42,524 bases of DNA, taken from positions 34,986-77,509 of the forward strand of contig MGUR01000075.1 in the NCBI GenBank assembly GCA_001800075.1. The letters run 5' to 3'. The DNA comes from Elusimicrobia bacterium RIFCSPLOWO2_01_FULL_59_12. Its GTDB lineage: Bacteria > Elusimicrobiota > Elusimicrobia > 2-01-FULL-59-12. Below are positions 1 through 9,158 of the stretch, one piece after another. A program made the translations under genes and the position numbers. The notes beneath the pieces were generated by a model. The model saw only the letters and a program-made list of their open reading frames with translations, made no database searches and had not been told where the DNA came from. Position 1 is the stretch's first letter. Every line of letters begins with the position of its first letter.

Positions 1-323
1 GAACGCGGGAATTCCCCATGATGCAGAAAGAGGACGATCGCCGAAGCAACCACTTGTCCTACGGCGATGCTTTTGATGATGGAGATGGCATCCGACAGGC
101 TCGCGTAGCGCCAGACACAGCGATACAAACCGAAATAGTAAAAGGCGGCCAGGTTGGCAACCAGAACCATGGGCAGCGTCGCCCAAAAATGAGACACCCA
201 AGGTTGTCCCACGTGAAAATCAAACCGCAGGAGGAACGCGACCCAATAAGCAGCGAGCACGGAGATGACATCCCAGATGAAGATGCTCAGTCGCTTAAAA
301 CGGTCTTTCTTAATCAAACCCAT
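1..323 (-). CDS. Polysaccharide biosynthesis protein, CapD/WbpM/PglF-like; membrane N-terminal part only, 3' end lies beyond the left edge of the window
   Basis: This ORF is not in the supplied track because it has no stop inside the window. My minus-strand translation from ATG at 323 reads MGLIKKDRFKRLSIFIWDVISVLAAYWVAFLLRFDFHVGQPWVSHFWATLPMVLVANLAAFYYFGLYRCVWRYASLSDAISIIKSIAVGQVVASAIVLFLHHGEFPR. It has several hydrophobic helices plus the LRFDF and YRxxWRYxS pattern I associate with the N-terminal membrane part of CapD/WbpM-type nucleotide-sugar dehydratases. The ATG overlaps the upstream stop (ATGGGTTTGA). Confidence 0.55.
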   Translation of the reverse strand, partial: MGLIKKDRFKRLSIFIWDVISVLAAYWVAFLLRFDFHVGQPWVSHFWATLPMVLVANLAAFYYFGLYRCVWRYASLSDAISIIKSIAVGQVVASAIVLFLHHGEFPR

Positions 324-1222
324 ACATAGACCCCGAACGCGAGCAGGGCGGTGGCCCCCAGACAAATCGCCACCGATCGCTCTGTCCCCAGCCCTGATCG
401 TGCCAGCACATCGTAAAGATGGTCCCGATCGCCTTCAAAGAGAGGTCCTCCGCGAAGAAGCCGGCGAATTACGGTGCATCCGAGGTCCAAGAGCGGAAAC
501 CCAAAGAGCAGGGCCATCGAAACAAGTTGAAGGGCCGTCGGCTGTTTTTCGAAAGAATAGGCGATCAGGCCGGCAATCCAGGACCCCAGCAGCAAGCTGC
601 CCGCATCCCCCATCAGAATTGTGGAAGGATGCCAATTAAAGCGCAAAAAGCCGAGGCAGGCACCACAGAGGATAAGGCCCAATAAAGCCAGCCCCATTTC
701 CCCTTGGCGGAGCGCGATCAGAGCGCTGCCGGCCCCGAAGAGAGCTGCTGTGCCGGCGGCTAGGCCGTCCATGCCGTCAATGAGATTCATCGCATTGCAA
801 GCAATCGGGAAGAGTAGGATGGAAACTATCGCGATCGGCCACGGCAGTTGACTGGTCAAGGTCCATAGGAGCCCCACGACTATTTGAGCGATCAGGCGGC
901 TGTAGGGCGAGAGTTTCTGTATATCGTCGAGCAGACCGACGGCCATCAAAAAACTACCGCCAATCAGGAACTTCAGTGCCCAGGCATATTTCAAAACTCC
1001 CGGAAAGACGGTTTGAGCCACCACGATCCCCGCCAGCAGACCCCAAAACAAGGCGAAGCCTCCCAAGTAGGCCTTTGGCGTTGCGTGTAACTTGAGAGGT
1101 CCCGGCCGATCCACGATATCCCAGGTCCACGCCAGGCTCCGTACAACCGGTGTAAGGATCGCTGCGATAAACAGCGCGCTCAAAAAGCCCGCTGGAAGCG
1201 CTCTAAGCATCGGCCGTCCCAA
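314..1222 (-). CDS. Polyprenyl-phosphate HexNAc-1-phosphate transferase, MraY/WecA family (initiating transferase)
   Basis: 302-aa polytopic membrane ORF. The motifs LLDDIQKL, NAMNLIDGMDGLAAG and ILMGDAGSLLLG match the MraY/WecA (PF00953) signatures. An alternative ATG at 1210 gives an 8-nt ATGCTTAG overlap with the upstream stop. Confidence 0.85.
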   Translation of the reverse strand: MGRPMLRALPAGFLSALFIAAILTPVVRSLAWTWDIVDRPGPLKLHATPKAYLGGFALFWGLLAGIVVAQTVFPGVLKYAWALKFLIGGSFLMAVGLLDDIQKLSPYSRLIAQIVVGLLWTLTSQLPWPIAIVSILLFPIACNAMNLIDGMDGLAAGTAALFGAGSALIALRQGEMGLALLGLILCGACLGFLRFNWHPSTILMGDAGSLLLGSWIAGLIAYSFEKQPTALQLVSMALLFGFPLLDLGCTVIRRLLRGGPLFEGDRDHLYDVLARSGLGTERSVAICLGATALLAFGVYVWV

Positions 1223-2411
1223 CTTCCCGAATGGGTTGCCAAAAAGCTTCAGCGCGTCCCGTGCAGGCTTTCCAGATTCCTACGGCGGAGGCCGCCTGGA
1301 CGACGCAGAAATGATAAGGCGCGCTCGTAAGTTTCAGTATCAAGGGAGAATTCCATTGCCGTGATTCTGCTAGGGCACCGGCAGCAGCAAGGGCATAAAA
1401 GAACGTTTGGCCTGAAAAAAACCATAATCCGATACGGTCCGCGTGCATGCTAACACTCAGCGTGTAAGCGAGGAGCATCGCAGCGAAAGCCCACCAACGC
1501 AGGAATTTGTGCGACAGCAGAGCAATGGCATTCCATCCGTACCTGAAGGGATTGAGCAGGTGACGGTTGCGCCAGAGAGACAAATAATCCTTTGAAATAA
1601 TGCGCACTTTGGTCCGAAAAAGCCCTTTTGAACTGCGAACGACGTCATCGTAAACCGTTGCGCGGTCCACCTGCACGACACGGAAGCCGGCTTGCAGAGT
1701 CCGCAGGGGCAATACCCAATCGTCGCCTTCCGTAGGCTGCAGGGGTTTGAATAAATTCCGCCTGAGGCCCAGCATCCATGCCGATCCCATCATTAGAATG
1801 CCCAGACGGTTTTCCATCCCACGAAGCCAAACTTCATACTTCCAATAAAGTCCTTCGCTGGTCCCGGCCTCTGATCCATGAACCGGGCGGTAAGTGCTCC
1901 GTCCTGTGGCACATCCCACGGAAGGGTCTGAAAAGGCTGCCGCCAGGGACCGAAGCGCCATAGGGTCGAAATGAGCGCCGGCATCCGTAAAAACCAAGAT
2001 CTCATGACGCGCTACCTCGACCGCTTCGTTCTGCGCCTGGCTCTTGCCTTTCTGGCTGCGCAGAGCCACGCTATCCCAATTCGGCGACCCGCCTGCCCGC
2101 GCCCAGTCCTCCATCATTCTTTCAAACCGGGCGACCGTCCGGTCCGTGGACCCATCCGACGCCAGAATCACTTCGAGCCGTTCCATGGGGAAGTCCAGTC
2201 CGCGCACATTAGCTACTTTGGATGCTATGGCCTGCTCCTCGTTATGTGCAGTGATAATCAAAGAAACCTTGGGAACGGATTCGCCTGACGTTTGCGGCGG
2301 TTTTCTCCGCGACACCCGGCTGGCTATCCAGAGCGCGGCCGGATAACCGAGATAGATATATCCCAGCAGCGCGAACATACAGACCAGGATGCCCGTCATC
2401 CACTCCATCAT
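1203..2411 (-). CDS. Membrane-anchored family 2 glycosyltransferase (GT-A fold)
   Basis: An N-terminal TM helix is followed by VSLIITAHNEE, ILASDGSTDRT and VFTDAGAHFD (DxD-type), then C-terminal TM helices. The start shares 1 nt with the upstream stop (TGATG). Confidence 0.8.
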   Translation of the reverse strand: MMEWMTGILVCMFALLGYIYLGYPAALWIASRVSRRKPPQTSGESVPKVSLIITAHNEEQAIASKVANVRGLDFPMERLEVILASDGSTDRTVARFERMMEDWARAGGSPNWDSVALRSQKGKSQAQNEAVEVARHEILVFTDAGAHFDPMALRSLAAAFSDPSVGCATGRSTYRPVHGSEAGTSEGLYWKYEVWLRGMENRLGILMMGSAWMLGLRRNLFKPLQPTEGDDWVLPLRTLQAGFRVVQVDRATVYDDVVRSSKGLFRTKVRIISKDYLSLWRNRHLLNPFRYGWNAIALLSHKFLRWWAFAAMLLAYTLSVSMHADRIGLWFFSGQTFFYALAAAGALAESRQWNSPLILKLTSAPYHFCVVQAASAVGIWKACTGRAEAFWQPIREVGTADA

Positions 2412-3610
2412 CAGCTCGCCATGGCCCGGCCGTAAAACGCTTGGTAATCCGTGACCATGCGCTCCGCCAGGAATGCCTGCTTCACACGCTCGCGTCCCCG
2501 TTGCGCCATGGCCGTCGCTGCCTGGCGGTCAGAGAGGACCTCCAGGATGGTGTATGCCAGCGCGGTGGGATTCTGCACAGGGAACAAGGATCCAGACACG
2601 GTGTCTTCAACAATTTCACGGAATACGTCAATATCAGAAGCGATCACAGGAATTCCCATGTACATCGCTTCGGCGAGAGCCAAACCAAAACCTGCCAAGG
2701 TAGGGGCAAAGACGAAAAGATCTAAGGAGGACAAAGCGGGGGCCAAATCTTTCATCCGATCAACGAAGAGAACACGGCCCCCGGTGCCTAGTTGTTCGGC
2801 CAATCGCCGCAGCTGGCCATCGGTCTCCGGCTCAAATACAACTTTGGCGCCGATGAACACGAAGTAAGCGTCCGGCCGGTGTTTCAGCACTTCGGCGGCC
2901 GCATAAAGGAGACAGAGTTCTCCCTTAATCTTCTCTCGACCGGTGAGGGTCCCGATGACGGGAGCGCCGGGAGGAATCCCCCATTGCGGACGGAGGTCCG
3001 CTTTCCCCCCGGACATTTCGAAGCGTTTCGAGCGGATTCCGTTATAGACACGATCGACGCGGGCGAATGACGGATTAAAACGGCGAATATACCCGCAAAC
3101 TGTCTGAGAAACTCCAGCGATCCTGTCCCAACGTCCGCAGAAGCTCGATAACAACCATCGACGCAGCCGGACGGTCTGGTAAGCAAACGTCCGGCCGTCG
3201 GAATAGTAGTTTAAGGGATTATGCATGGTGAGCACGCGACGGACCTTTGGAAGGCCCATCGAGGCGGCCAGGCCCGTAACTCCCGCAAAGAGATTGTGTG
3301 CGTGGAGAATGGCGATTCGCTCCCTGACCAAAAGCCCGCGGATTTGCCATATCACCTTAAGCAGGCGCAGGTACTGCAGAGGATCCAAGGGCGATCCGAT
3401 ATCGTAGATGTATACGGGGATCCCTTTTTCGCGGAGCATCTCCGCGTAACAGCCCCCGCCGCGGATCCCACACACAACGGGGCGAAACCGATCAGGATCC
3501 AACCCGCAACATACGGTGGAGGCTATCTCCGTCACGCCATCCCCGCGTTCCAACCCTGTCACCAGATGCAAGACCGTGAACGGTCCGCCCGGCTCGTGGT
3601 TAGCGAACAC
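2411..3610 (-). CDS. GT-B fold glycosyltransferase (GT4-like)
   Basis: 399 aa. The C-terminal half has VFIGAK...RVLFVDR and GFGLALAEAMYMGIPVIASD, typical of Glycos_transf_1. GTG start overlaps the upstream gene by 11 nt. Confidence 0.8.
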   Translation of the reverse strand: MFANHEPGGPFTVLHLVTGLERGDGVTEIASTVCCGLDPDRFRPVVCGIRGGGCYAEMLREKGIPVYIYDIGSPLDPLQYLRLLKVIWQIRGLLVRERIAILHAHNLFAGVTGLAASMGLPKVRRVLTMHNPLNYYSDGRTFAYQTVRLRRWLLSSFCGRWDRIAGVSQTVCGYIRRFNPSFARVDRVYNGIRSKRFEMSGGKADLRPQWGIPPGAPVIGTLTGREKIKGELCLLYAAAEVLKHRPDAYFVFIGAKVVFEPETDGQLRRLAEQLGTGGRVLFVDRMKDLAPALSSLDLFVFAPTLAGFGLALAEAMYMGIPVIASDIDVFREIVEDTVSGSLFPVQNPTALAYTILEVLSDRQAATAMAQRGRERVKQAFLAERMVTDYQAFYGRAMAS

Positions 3611-6600
3611 CGGCCGCCTCCTTCCCCGCTAGGGCTTGAAGGCAACCCTCAATTCGACGGTTCCAATTATTCTCGCGAGCAAAAGCCCTTCGCCGTTCCA
3701 CCTGTGCCGGGTCTTGCTCTTTCATCGCGGTATCGATCAGCTTCACAAACGAGTCCTGGTCATGGGCCACGTACAGGAGATCCTTTAGCCGAAGTGATTC
3801 ATGCATGGCTGTCGAGACGACGGGCTTGCCCAATGCCAGGTACTGAAAGACCTTGTTAAAGAAAGTGTGATGGGTATATTCCATCACCCGAAAAGGCATG
3901 AGGAGGACATTCATTCTCTGAAGATAACTGGGGAGATCTTCATAAGGTTTTTCCCCTAAATAACGCACATTGGGTTTAGAGAGAAGGCGGTTGAGCCCCA
4001 ATGACGTCCGAAAGGCTCGACGGCCATTGATGGGACCGATGAGCATAAAGCTCGCACCGGGCCAGCGATCAGCGGCATGACAGAGCAAGTCCAGATCCAT
4101 TTGTTCATTGATCGATCCAGCGAAACCGATCCAGGGACGGGGCAGAGCGTTGATCTCCAGCTCGATGGGCGCCTTATTTTGAGATCCAAAACACTCAGTA
4201 TCGGCGGCGGCATACAGAGGAAACACTCGGGGATGTCGTTCGCGGTATCGCCAGAGGAGACGTTCCGAATTGACAAAGATGAGATCCACTTCGTCCACCA
4301 CGGCCTTTCCCAGCCAGGCGTTCAGTCGATTTTCAAAACCGGTTTGCTGAGGGTTGCGCTCGTAAAGGTCGTAGCATTCATAAACTTTGCGGTATTCGCC
4401 GGCCAGGCCCAAGCAGTTCTTTTGGTAGGGATGTTGGATCCACGAGATCCGAAGCGGTGAACAGAACTTTGAAGTGATGAGCGCGCGTTTGATTTGACGG
4501 CTAAGGAGGACTCGGTTCAGGGCGAGCCCCCCTGGAACGAACGCTGCCAGAGCATCATGGGCCCAGACCATCGGGGTCAACATGAAGAGGTTTTCAGCCA
4601 GCGCATGCAAGGAGGGCTCTTTCAACCACCTCTGGAATTTTTGCTCATGTTTCCACGGCGTCGTCCAGGGACAGATGGGCCGTTCCACACATAACAGACG
4701 GCCGCCCGAAAGCTGTAGGGCCCGCGCCAGATGCTCGATCATGGGCCGGCGGTGAAAATTACTCCAAGATGAGTACTGCGGCAAATACATGACGATGTCA
4801 AAAGAGGACGTTCTCGGTGCGATCCGCAGGCATCGAGCAATCTCATCGGCGCGACTTTGCCAAGTGTGCAAAGCGACTGCGTGCCTACGTCCTTGAGCTC
4901 GTTGGGAACCGCTTTCACTCATGGCTTCCGCAATGGCTTTCTCTAAGCGCTCGGGATCTTCCGGGACGATGGACACGACGTCATGGAAAGTGTCTGCCTC
5001 CGCGCAAGGAGTCGAAACCACGGGTTTTCCCGCCGCCAAGTAGAGGTAAATCTTGGTACAACTGCCTGTTTTGTTCAGTGCTGTGTCTCGGTAAAGTGAA
5101 AGGCAGACGTCAAAACCAGCCAGGTATCGAGGCAGCTGCTCATAAGGCCGCGGGCCCAAGAAATAGGCATTAGGCAGTTTTCGAAGTTCCTCCACTTCGG
5201 AAACTCCGGGGGAAACGTCCCCAATGAATACGAACGACCATTCGGGGCGGTTGTGCAAAATAGGCCGGAGCAGCCCGAAGTTCATACGCGGTGTTAATCG
5301 GCCCACGTACCCGACCCGTGGCCTTGGAATAGACCGCAGTTCTTCAGCCATGCCGTCGGGACCCGTTTTGGCGAAAGCGTTAAGATCGACTCCGTTGGGG
5401 AGCAGCGCCACGCGGGGATGCTGACGGCGCTTCTCGTCGTACACGCATGCCGCGCTAGCGAAGATCTGATCCGCGGCCGAAGTTAAGCCGCGGTCTTCCT
5501 CTCGGAGCCATTCTTGTATGGAGGGGGATAGGCCGGGAAACGCGGAGAAATCTTCATTGACGTCATAGCACAGGAGACGCTCTCCAAACTGGCCAGCCCA
5601 TTTGGAAGTCCCAAAAGGATGTGTGATAAAAAGAATGACGTCCTTGAACTGATGTCTTTTCATCAGGCGGCGAATCGTAGGCCTCTCCAAGATCCATGCC
5701 AGCCTTTCTTGCAGGCGACGAAGCCGAGACCAAGGCAGGAATGGAAGAAGCTTCAAGGGTGTCCATATATAGATGCTCCCCTCTTGGTAGAACCATCCGC
5801 GCCTGAAGACCCTTTTCCAGCGCGAGGCTGTGGCGGCGTCTGTTTTGCCCAGGAGATATTTCAGAAATGAAAATGCCGTCAAAGGTCTTTCGATATACAA
5901 AACCTTCCGGACGTGGCCCTGACTCGCCAGCGTATGCATCAATTTTTGGCGCCGGTTGTGCCAATCGTCCCATTGATCTCCGAAGCACACCGTGTCGTAG
6001 GACGTGCCTTTACGGACCCACATCGAAAGCGCCTGGCCCATTCCCAACCATCCGCCTAACGCCACAAAGGCTCCGCGCCAACGACGCTCAAGTCTTTCCG
6101 TCCATGTCCCATCGGAAGGAAAATCGTTCTGGCCCGGGGTGACTTGGGTTTCAATCACCGTGAGGCCGTTTCGTTCGACCATCCTTTGCAGCGTACGGGG
6201 AGAGAATCCGAACACATGAAAAGGCGAGTGGAGAGGCGAAAGCCGCGTCGTGTAAGACGATCCTCGCAGGCGAAAATAGAGATCTCCGATCTTTGACACC
6301 AAGCTCTCCTCATTTGGAACGCAGATGAACAACACGCCTCTCTCTTTTAGTATTCGGGATATTTCCCTCAGAAGTCCGGACGGATCGTACGCATGTTCGA
6401 GAACCGAATTCAGGCAGACCGCATCAAAATAATCCGCTGGGAAGCGCGCCTCGTGGAGGGTTCCCTGATGGATCTCCGCAGATGTGAGTCTTTTCTGGCA
6501 GAATTCCACCAGGGGCTTCGATACGTCGAGCCCATGCACGTCCCAACCAGCTTCCTGGGCAAGCGACAGAAAATCACCGGCGCCGCACCCTATATCTAGA

Positions 6601-6938
6601 ATCCGTCCGCCGGAGATGAGAGTTTCCATTTTATGAAGGACATCCCGGTGGCCTTGCAGCCGGTGGTCCCGGAAAGAGATATTGTGAAAGTCATCAGGCG
6701 TAAAGTCCGAAGCTTCAGAAGCTTCCTGCACCGCCATGGGGTAGCTATAAATTAGGCCGCACCCCGAACATCTGGCGACACGGACGGTTGGCGCGCCTTT
6801 CTTGCCGACAGGCGCATCATGGGTTCCTGCTCCTTTCCAACCCAGAATCTCGGGCCGGTCATGCCCGCAAAGATTGCAGGCTGTCCCTATATCTGGTCGT
6901 TCTTGAGCAAGTAACTCAGCAGCTTGCGGTTTTTCCAT
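3600..6938 (-). CDS. Tri-domain protein: zinc-ribbon plus class I SAM methyltransferase fused to two tandem GT-B-like glycosyltransferase modules (1112 aa)
   Basis: The ORF is continuous up to 7055. The first 39 codons overlap the radical SAM gene, so I placed the start at ATG 6938 (MEKPQAAELL), the last ATG before the CNLCG...CSGCG zinc ribbon. The MT part has motif I ILDIGCGAGDF, then LNSVLEHAYDP and VLFICVPNE. Two repeated GT modules follow: PRVGYVGRL...FIGD...YFLGPRPYEQLPRYLAGFDVCL...GKPVVSTP and PWIGFAGSI...LIGP...RYLGEKPYEDLPSYLQRMNVLLMP...GKPVVSTA. Confidence 0.75.
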   Translation of the reverse strand: MEKPQAAELLAQERPDIGTACNLCGHDRPEILGWKGAGTHDAPVGKKGAPTVRVARCSGCGLIYSYPMAVQEASEASDFTPDDFHNISFRDHRLQGHRDVLHKMETLISGGRILDIGCGAGDFLSLAQEAGWDVHGLDVSKPLVEFCQKRLTSAEIHQGTLHEARFPADYFDAVCLNSVLEHAYDPSGLLREISRILKERGVLFICVPNEESLVSKIGDLYFRLRGSSYTTRLSPLHSPFHVFGFSPRTLQRMVERNGLTVIETQVTPGQNDFPSDGTWTERLERRWRGAFVALGGWLGMGQALSMWVRKGTSYDTVCFGDQWDDWHNRRQKLMHTLASQGHVRKVLYIERPLTAFSFLKYLLGKTDAATASRWKRVFRRGWFYQEGSIYIWTPLKLLPFLPWSRLRRLQERLAWILERPTIRRLMKRHQFKDVILFITHPFGTSKWAGQFGERLLCYDVNEDFSAFPGLSPSIQEWLREEDRGLTSAADQIFASAACVYDEKRRQHPRVALLPNGVDLNAFAKTGPDGMAEELRSIPRPRVGYVGRLTPRMNFGLLRPILHNRPEWSFVFIGDVSPGVSEVEELRKLPNAYFLGPRPYEQLPRYLAGFDVCLSLYRDTALNKTGSCTKIYLYLAAGKPVVSTPCAEADTFHDVVSIVPEDPERLEKAIAEAMSESGSQRAQGRRHAVALHTWQSRADEIARCLRIAPRTSSFDIVMYLPQYSSWSNFHRRPMIEHLARALQLSGGRLLCVERPICPWTTPWKHEQKFQRWLKEPSLHALAENLFMLTPMVWAHDALAAFVPGGLALNRVLLSRQIKRALITSKFCSPLRISWIQHPYQKNCLGLAGEYRKVYECYDLYERNPQQTGFENRLNAWLGKAVVDEVDLIFVNSERLLWRYRERHPRVFPLYAAADTECFGSQNKAPIELEINALPRPWIGFAGSINEQMDLDLLCHAADRWPGASFMLIGPINGRRAFRTSLGLNRLLSKPNVRYLGEKPYEDLPSYLQRMNVLLMPFRVMEYTHHTFFNKVFQYLALGKPVVSTAMHESLRLKDLLYVAHDQDSFVKLIDTAMKEQDPAQVERRRAFARENNWNRRIEGCLQALAGKEAAGVR

Positions 6939-8017
6939 GGTGACAAGAGAGCGCTCGCCCGTAGGTTTTCTCCAGTGTGGCAAAAACAGTACTTGCAGGC
7001 GTCCGGCAATTCCCCCTTCTTTTCGTCGTAACGAAAGGCCCCCAACTTGTTCCAAAGTTGTTGGGCGCTTTCTTGTTTCACATTGCCCACTTGGCTCGAC
7101 AAAATGGAACAGGGGCGGGCCGCCCCGTCGAAATCAACGAACATGGATCGATTGATTTTCATGCACCGAAAGTCGGACATAAGCTCCTTCTGGAACAGGC
7201 CGTTGGATGACTGGCCGAGCGACCGGAAGTAGGGCACGGCATAGAGCTTAAACGTCGGGAGGTTGGTTTGAAGACCGTACCGCTTCGCTTCGGTGATTCC
7301 TTCGTCGATGACGCGATTCAGACATTCCCATTCCACCGGCATGCGCGGCACCAAATCGATTTTGGATTCTATGGCGTGCGTTCCATTAAAAATGGAAATC
7401 GGACTGATCGGCTGAAACTCCAGCGAAAAGATGCCCAAGCGCGCGGCCAGACGGCAAAGGTGCGGTATCTGAGTCAGGTTCTTATTCATCACCACGGTCG
7501 TGATCGCGAGATCCGGCCGCTTTTCTTGCAGCAAGATATGAATGGACTTCATGACGCGTTCAGTCGTGCCGGGAACGCCCCGGAGCTCATCATTTTGCGG
7601 AGGGTCTGCCGAATCAATCGAAATGCGCAATAGGCCGACGGCCTTTCGGAGAATCTCCAATTGGGGAGGTGTAAAGCGGTCGACAAAGGTCGCGTTGGAG
7701 GTCACCGTGACTTGCGCTTTGCGTTTGTGCAAGTAAGCCAATATGTCCCAGATATCCTTTCGGACAAAGGGCTCCCCTCCAACCAGATGAAAGCCGCGAA
7801 CCGGCATATGACTCATCATCTCATCGATGAGTTCGTGCATACGTTGCAATGGGACATCCTTCGAGGTGGAAAAAGGGACCTCGCAGAAGATGCATTTGGA
7901 ATTGCATCCGCCGGTAATGGCCCAGTTGATCATCACGGGCGACCTCTTTCCCGAATAGAGGAAGTTCATGGAACGTTGATCGCGCAGCGCCCCAATGCCC
8001 TTTCGAATCGAAATCAT
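6887..8017 (-). CDS. Radical SAM enzyme with partial SPASM/twitch-type C-terminal domain
   Basis: The CX3CX2C motif is GGCNSKCIFCEV. GGEPF and RGVPGTTERV are also present. The C-terminus has CX12GX4C (CMKINRSMFVDFDGAARPC), then CKYCFC about 37 aa later. GAGG lies upstream of the ATG. Confidence 0.85.
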   Translation of the reverse strand: MISIRKGIGALRDQRSMNFLYSGKRSPVMINWAITGGCNSKCIFCEVPFSTSKDVPLQRMHELIDEMMSHMPVRGFHLVGGEPFVRKDIWDILAYLHKRKAQVTVTSNATFVDRFTPPQLEILRKAVGLLRISIDSADPPQNDELRGVPGTTERVMKSIHILLQEKRPDLAITTVVMNKNLTQIPHLCRLAARLGIFSLEFQPISPISIFNGTHAIESKIDLVPRMPVEWECLNRVIDEGITEAKRYGLQTNLPTFKLYAVPYFRSLGQSSNGLFQKELMSDFRCMKINRSMFVDFDGAARPCSILSSQVGNVKQESAQQLWNKLGAFRYDEKKGELPDACKYCFCHTGENLRASALLSPWKNRKLLSYLLKNDQI

Positions 8018-8026
8018 TCCTTTACC

Positions 8027-9154
8027 TCACGCTTTCATTGGAGACAACAAACTCACGGACTCCAATTGCCTCAGGCAACTCCGTAAGACGGCCTCCGGGC
8101 TGATGCACGACATGCAGTTTCGGTCGCAGGCCGTCGGGTAATAGCATTCACAAGCGGGCATCGGCTCTAGAATTTCGCCGAGACCGTAAAGTTCAAATTC
8201 ATGTTTATTAAAAATATTGTTCAGAAGGACGAGCCGCTTTCTTAAAGCCAGCGCGACATGCATGGCCATGCTGACGGAGGTGACGACCAGGTCGCATCGG
8301 TTCACCAAGGAAAAGAATTCTTCCAAAGGGCGCACCCCGGGATAAATGGCCCCCGTTTGTCGGGCCAGCGACTGGCTGCATTCATGTTCCTGAGCCCCAC
8401 CCAGAATGAGGACGGCGGCGCCTTGACGCTGCAAACCCATGGCCAGCGTTTCCCAGCAGGTATCGGGCCAGCGTCGCATGGGCCAACGGTCGCCGCATCC
8501 GATATTGAGCCCAACCATCGGAGCTGTTCCGGGAAGCGAAAGAAACTCGATTTGTTTTGGCGCAGCCATCAGGTAGGGCTCCCCTTTAAAAGAAAAACCG
8601 CAGATATCAAAAAGCATCTGCGGATAGCTTTTCCGATTGGCACGGCTAATCGGGTCGAAAAGGCCGATCTCCCACGCCTCCTCAGCCAATGCGTTGATGG
8701 GATGGCAACATCCTTCTTTGAGAGTAAATCCCCACGATCCATCCGCCTTGACCTGGGAAGCAATCGCGCAGGCCAGGGGATCTTTGTCGAGGCTGTACAG
8801 GGCGTCAAAACGTTGGCCGATCATCGTGCTCCAGAATGTCATAAAGTTTGAGGAATGACGAGCACCTGAAGCATCGGGCAACGGCAAGGGAACCACCTTA
8901 TCGACAACGCCGGTTACGAAAGCAGGGAAGTGCGTCACCCAGGTGATCTCCGCCCCAGGAAATTTCTTCCGGATGGGATGGAGGATCGGTGTCGTCCGAA
9001 GGACATCACCCGCCGCCCCCAATTTAATAAGAAGGACACGTTTCCCCCTCTTTTGGTAATAGGAACAGTTCCCGCAGAGAACCCCGTAGCTCTTGTGCGG
9101 GGCGCAGGGGCGGTCCCCTTTAAAATGCCGACAGTCCGTTCGCAGTTCAATCAT
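8027..9154 (-). CDS. Family 9 glycosyltransferase (heptosyltransferase-like) with Cys-rich N-terminal extension
   Basis: LLIKLGAAGDVLRTTPIL is the GT9 N-terminal signature. The N-terminus has CRHFKGDRPCAPHKSYGVLCGNC and the C-terminus has CECYYPTACDRNCMSC. I placed the start at ATG 9154 (MIELRTD), 4 nt after the upstream stop. The track start at 9271 would overlap the upstream gene by 113 nt. Confidence 0.75.
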   Translation of the reverse strand: MIELRTDCRHFKGDRPCAPHKSYGVLCGNCSYYQKRGKRVLLIKLGAAGDVLRTTPILHPIRKKFPGAEITWVTHFPAFVTGVVDKVVPLPLPDASGARHSSNFMTFWSTMIGQRFDALYSLDKDPLACAIASQVKADGSWGFTLKEGCCHPINALAEEAWEIGLFDPISRANRKSYPQMLFDICGFSFKGEPYLMAAPKQIEFLSLPGTAPMVGLNIGCGDRWPMRRWPDTCWETLAMGLQRQGAAVLILGGAQEHECSQSLARQTGAIYPGVRPLEEFFSLVNRCDLVVTSVSMAMHVALALRKRLVLLNNIFNKHEFELYGLGEILEPMPACECYYPTACDRNCMSCISPEAVLRSCLRQLESVSLLSPMKA

Positions 9155-9158
9155 CGAC

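Noticed and set aside
18-329. 103-aa plus-strand ORF (and the 70-aa minus-strand ORF at 59-271) at the left edge
   Set aside because: The sequence is low-complexity and charged, with no motifs. The opposite-strand frame from ATG 323 gives a convincing membrane protein that continues the operon.
6939-7055. N-terminal 39-codon extension of the MT-GT-GT ORF
   Set aside because: It would overlap the radical SAM gene by 169 nt. The internal ATG at 6938 still precedes the zinc ribbon.
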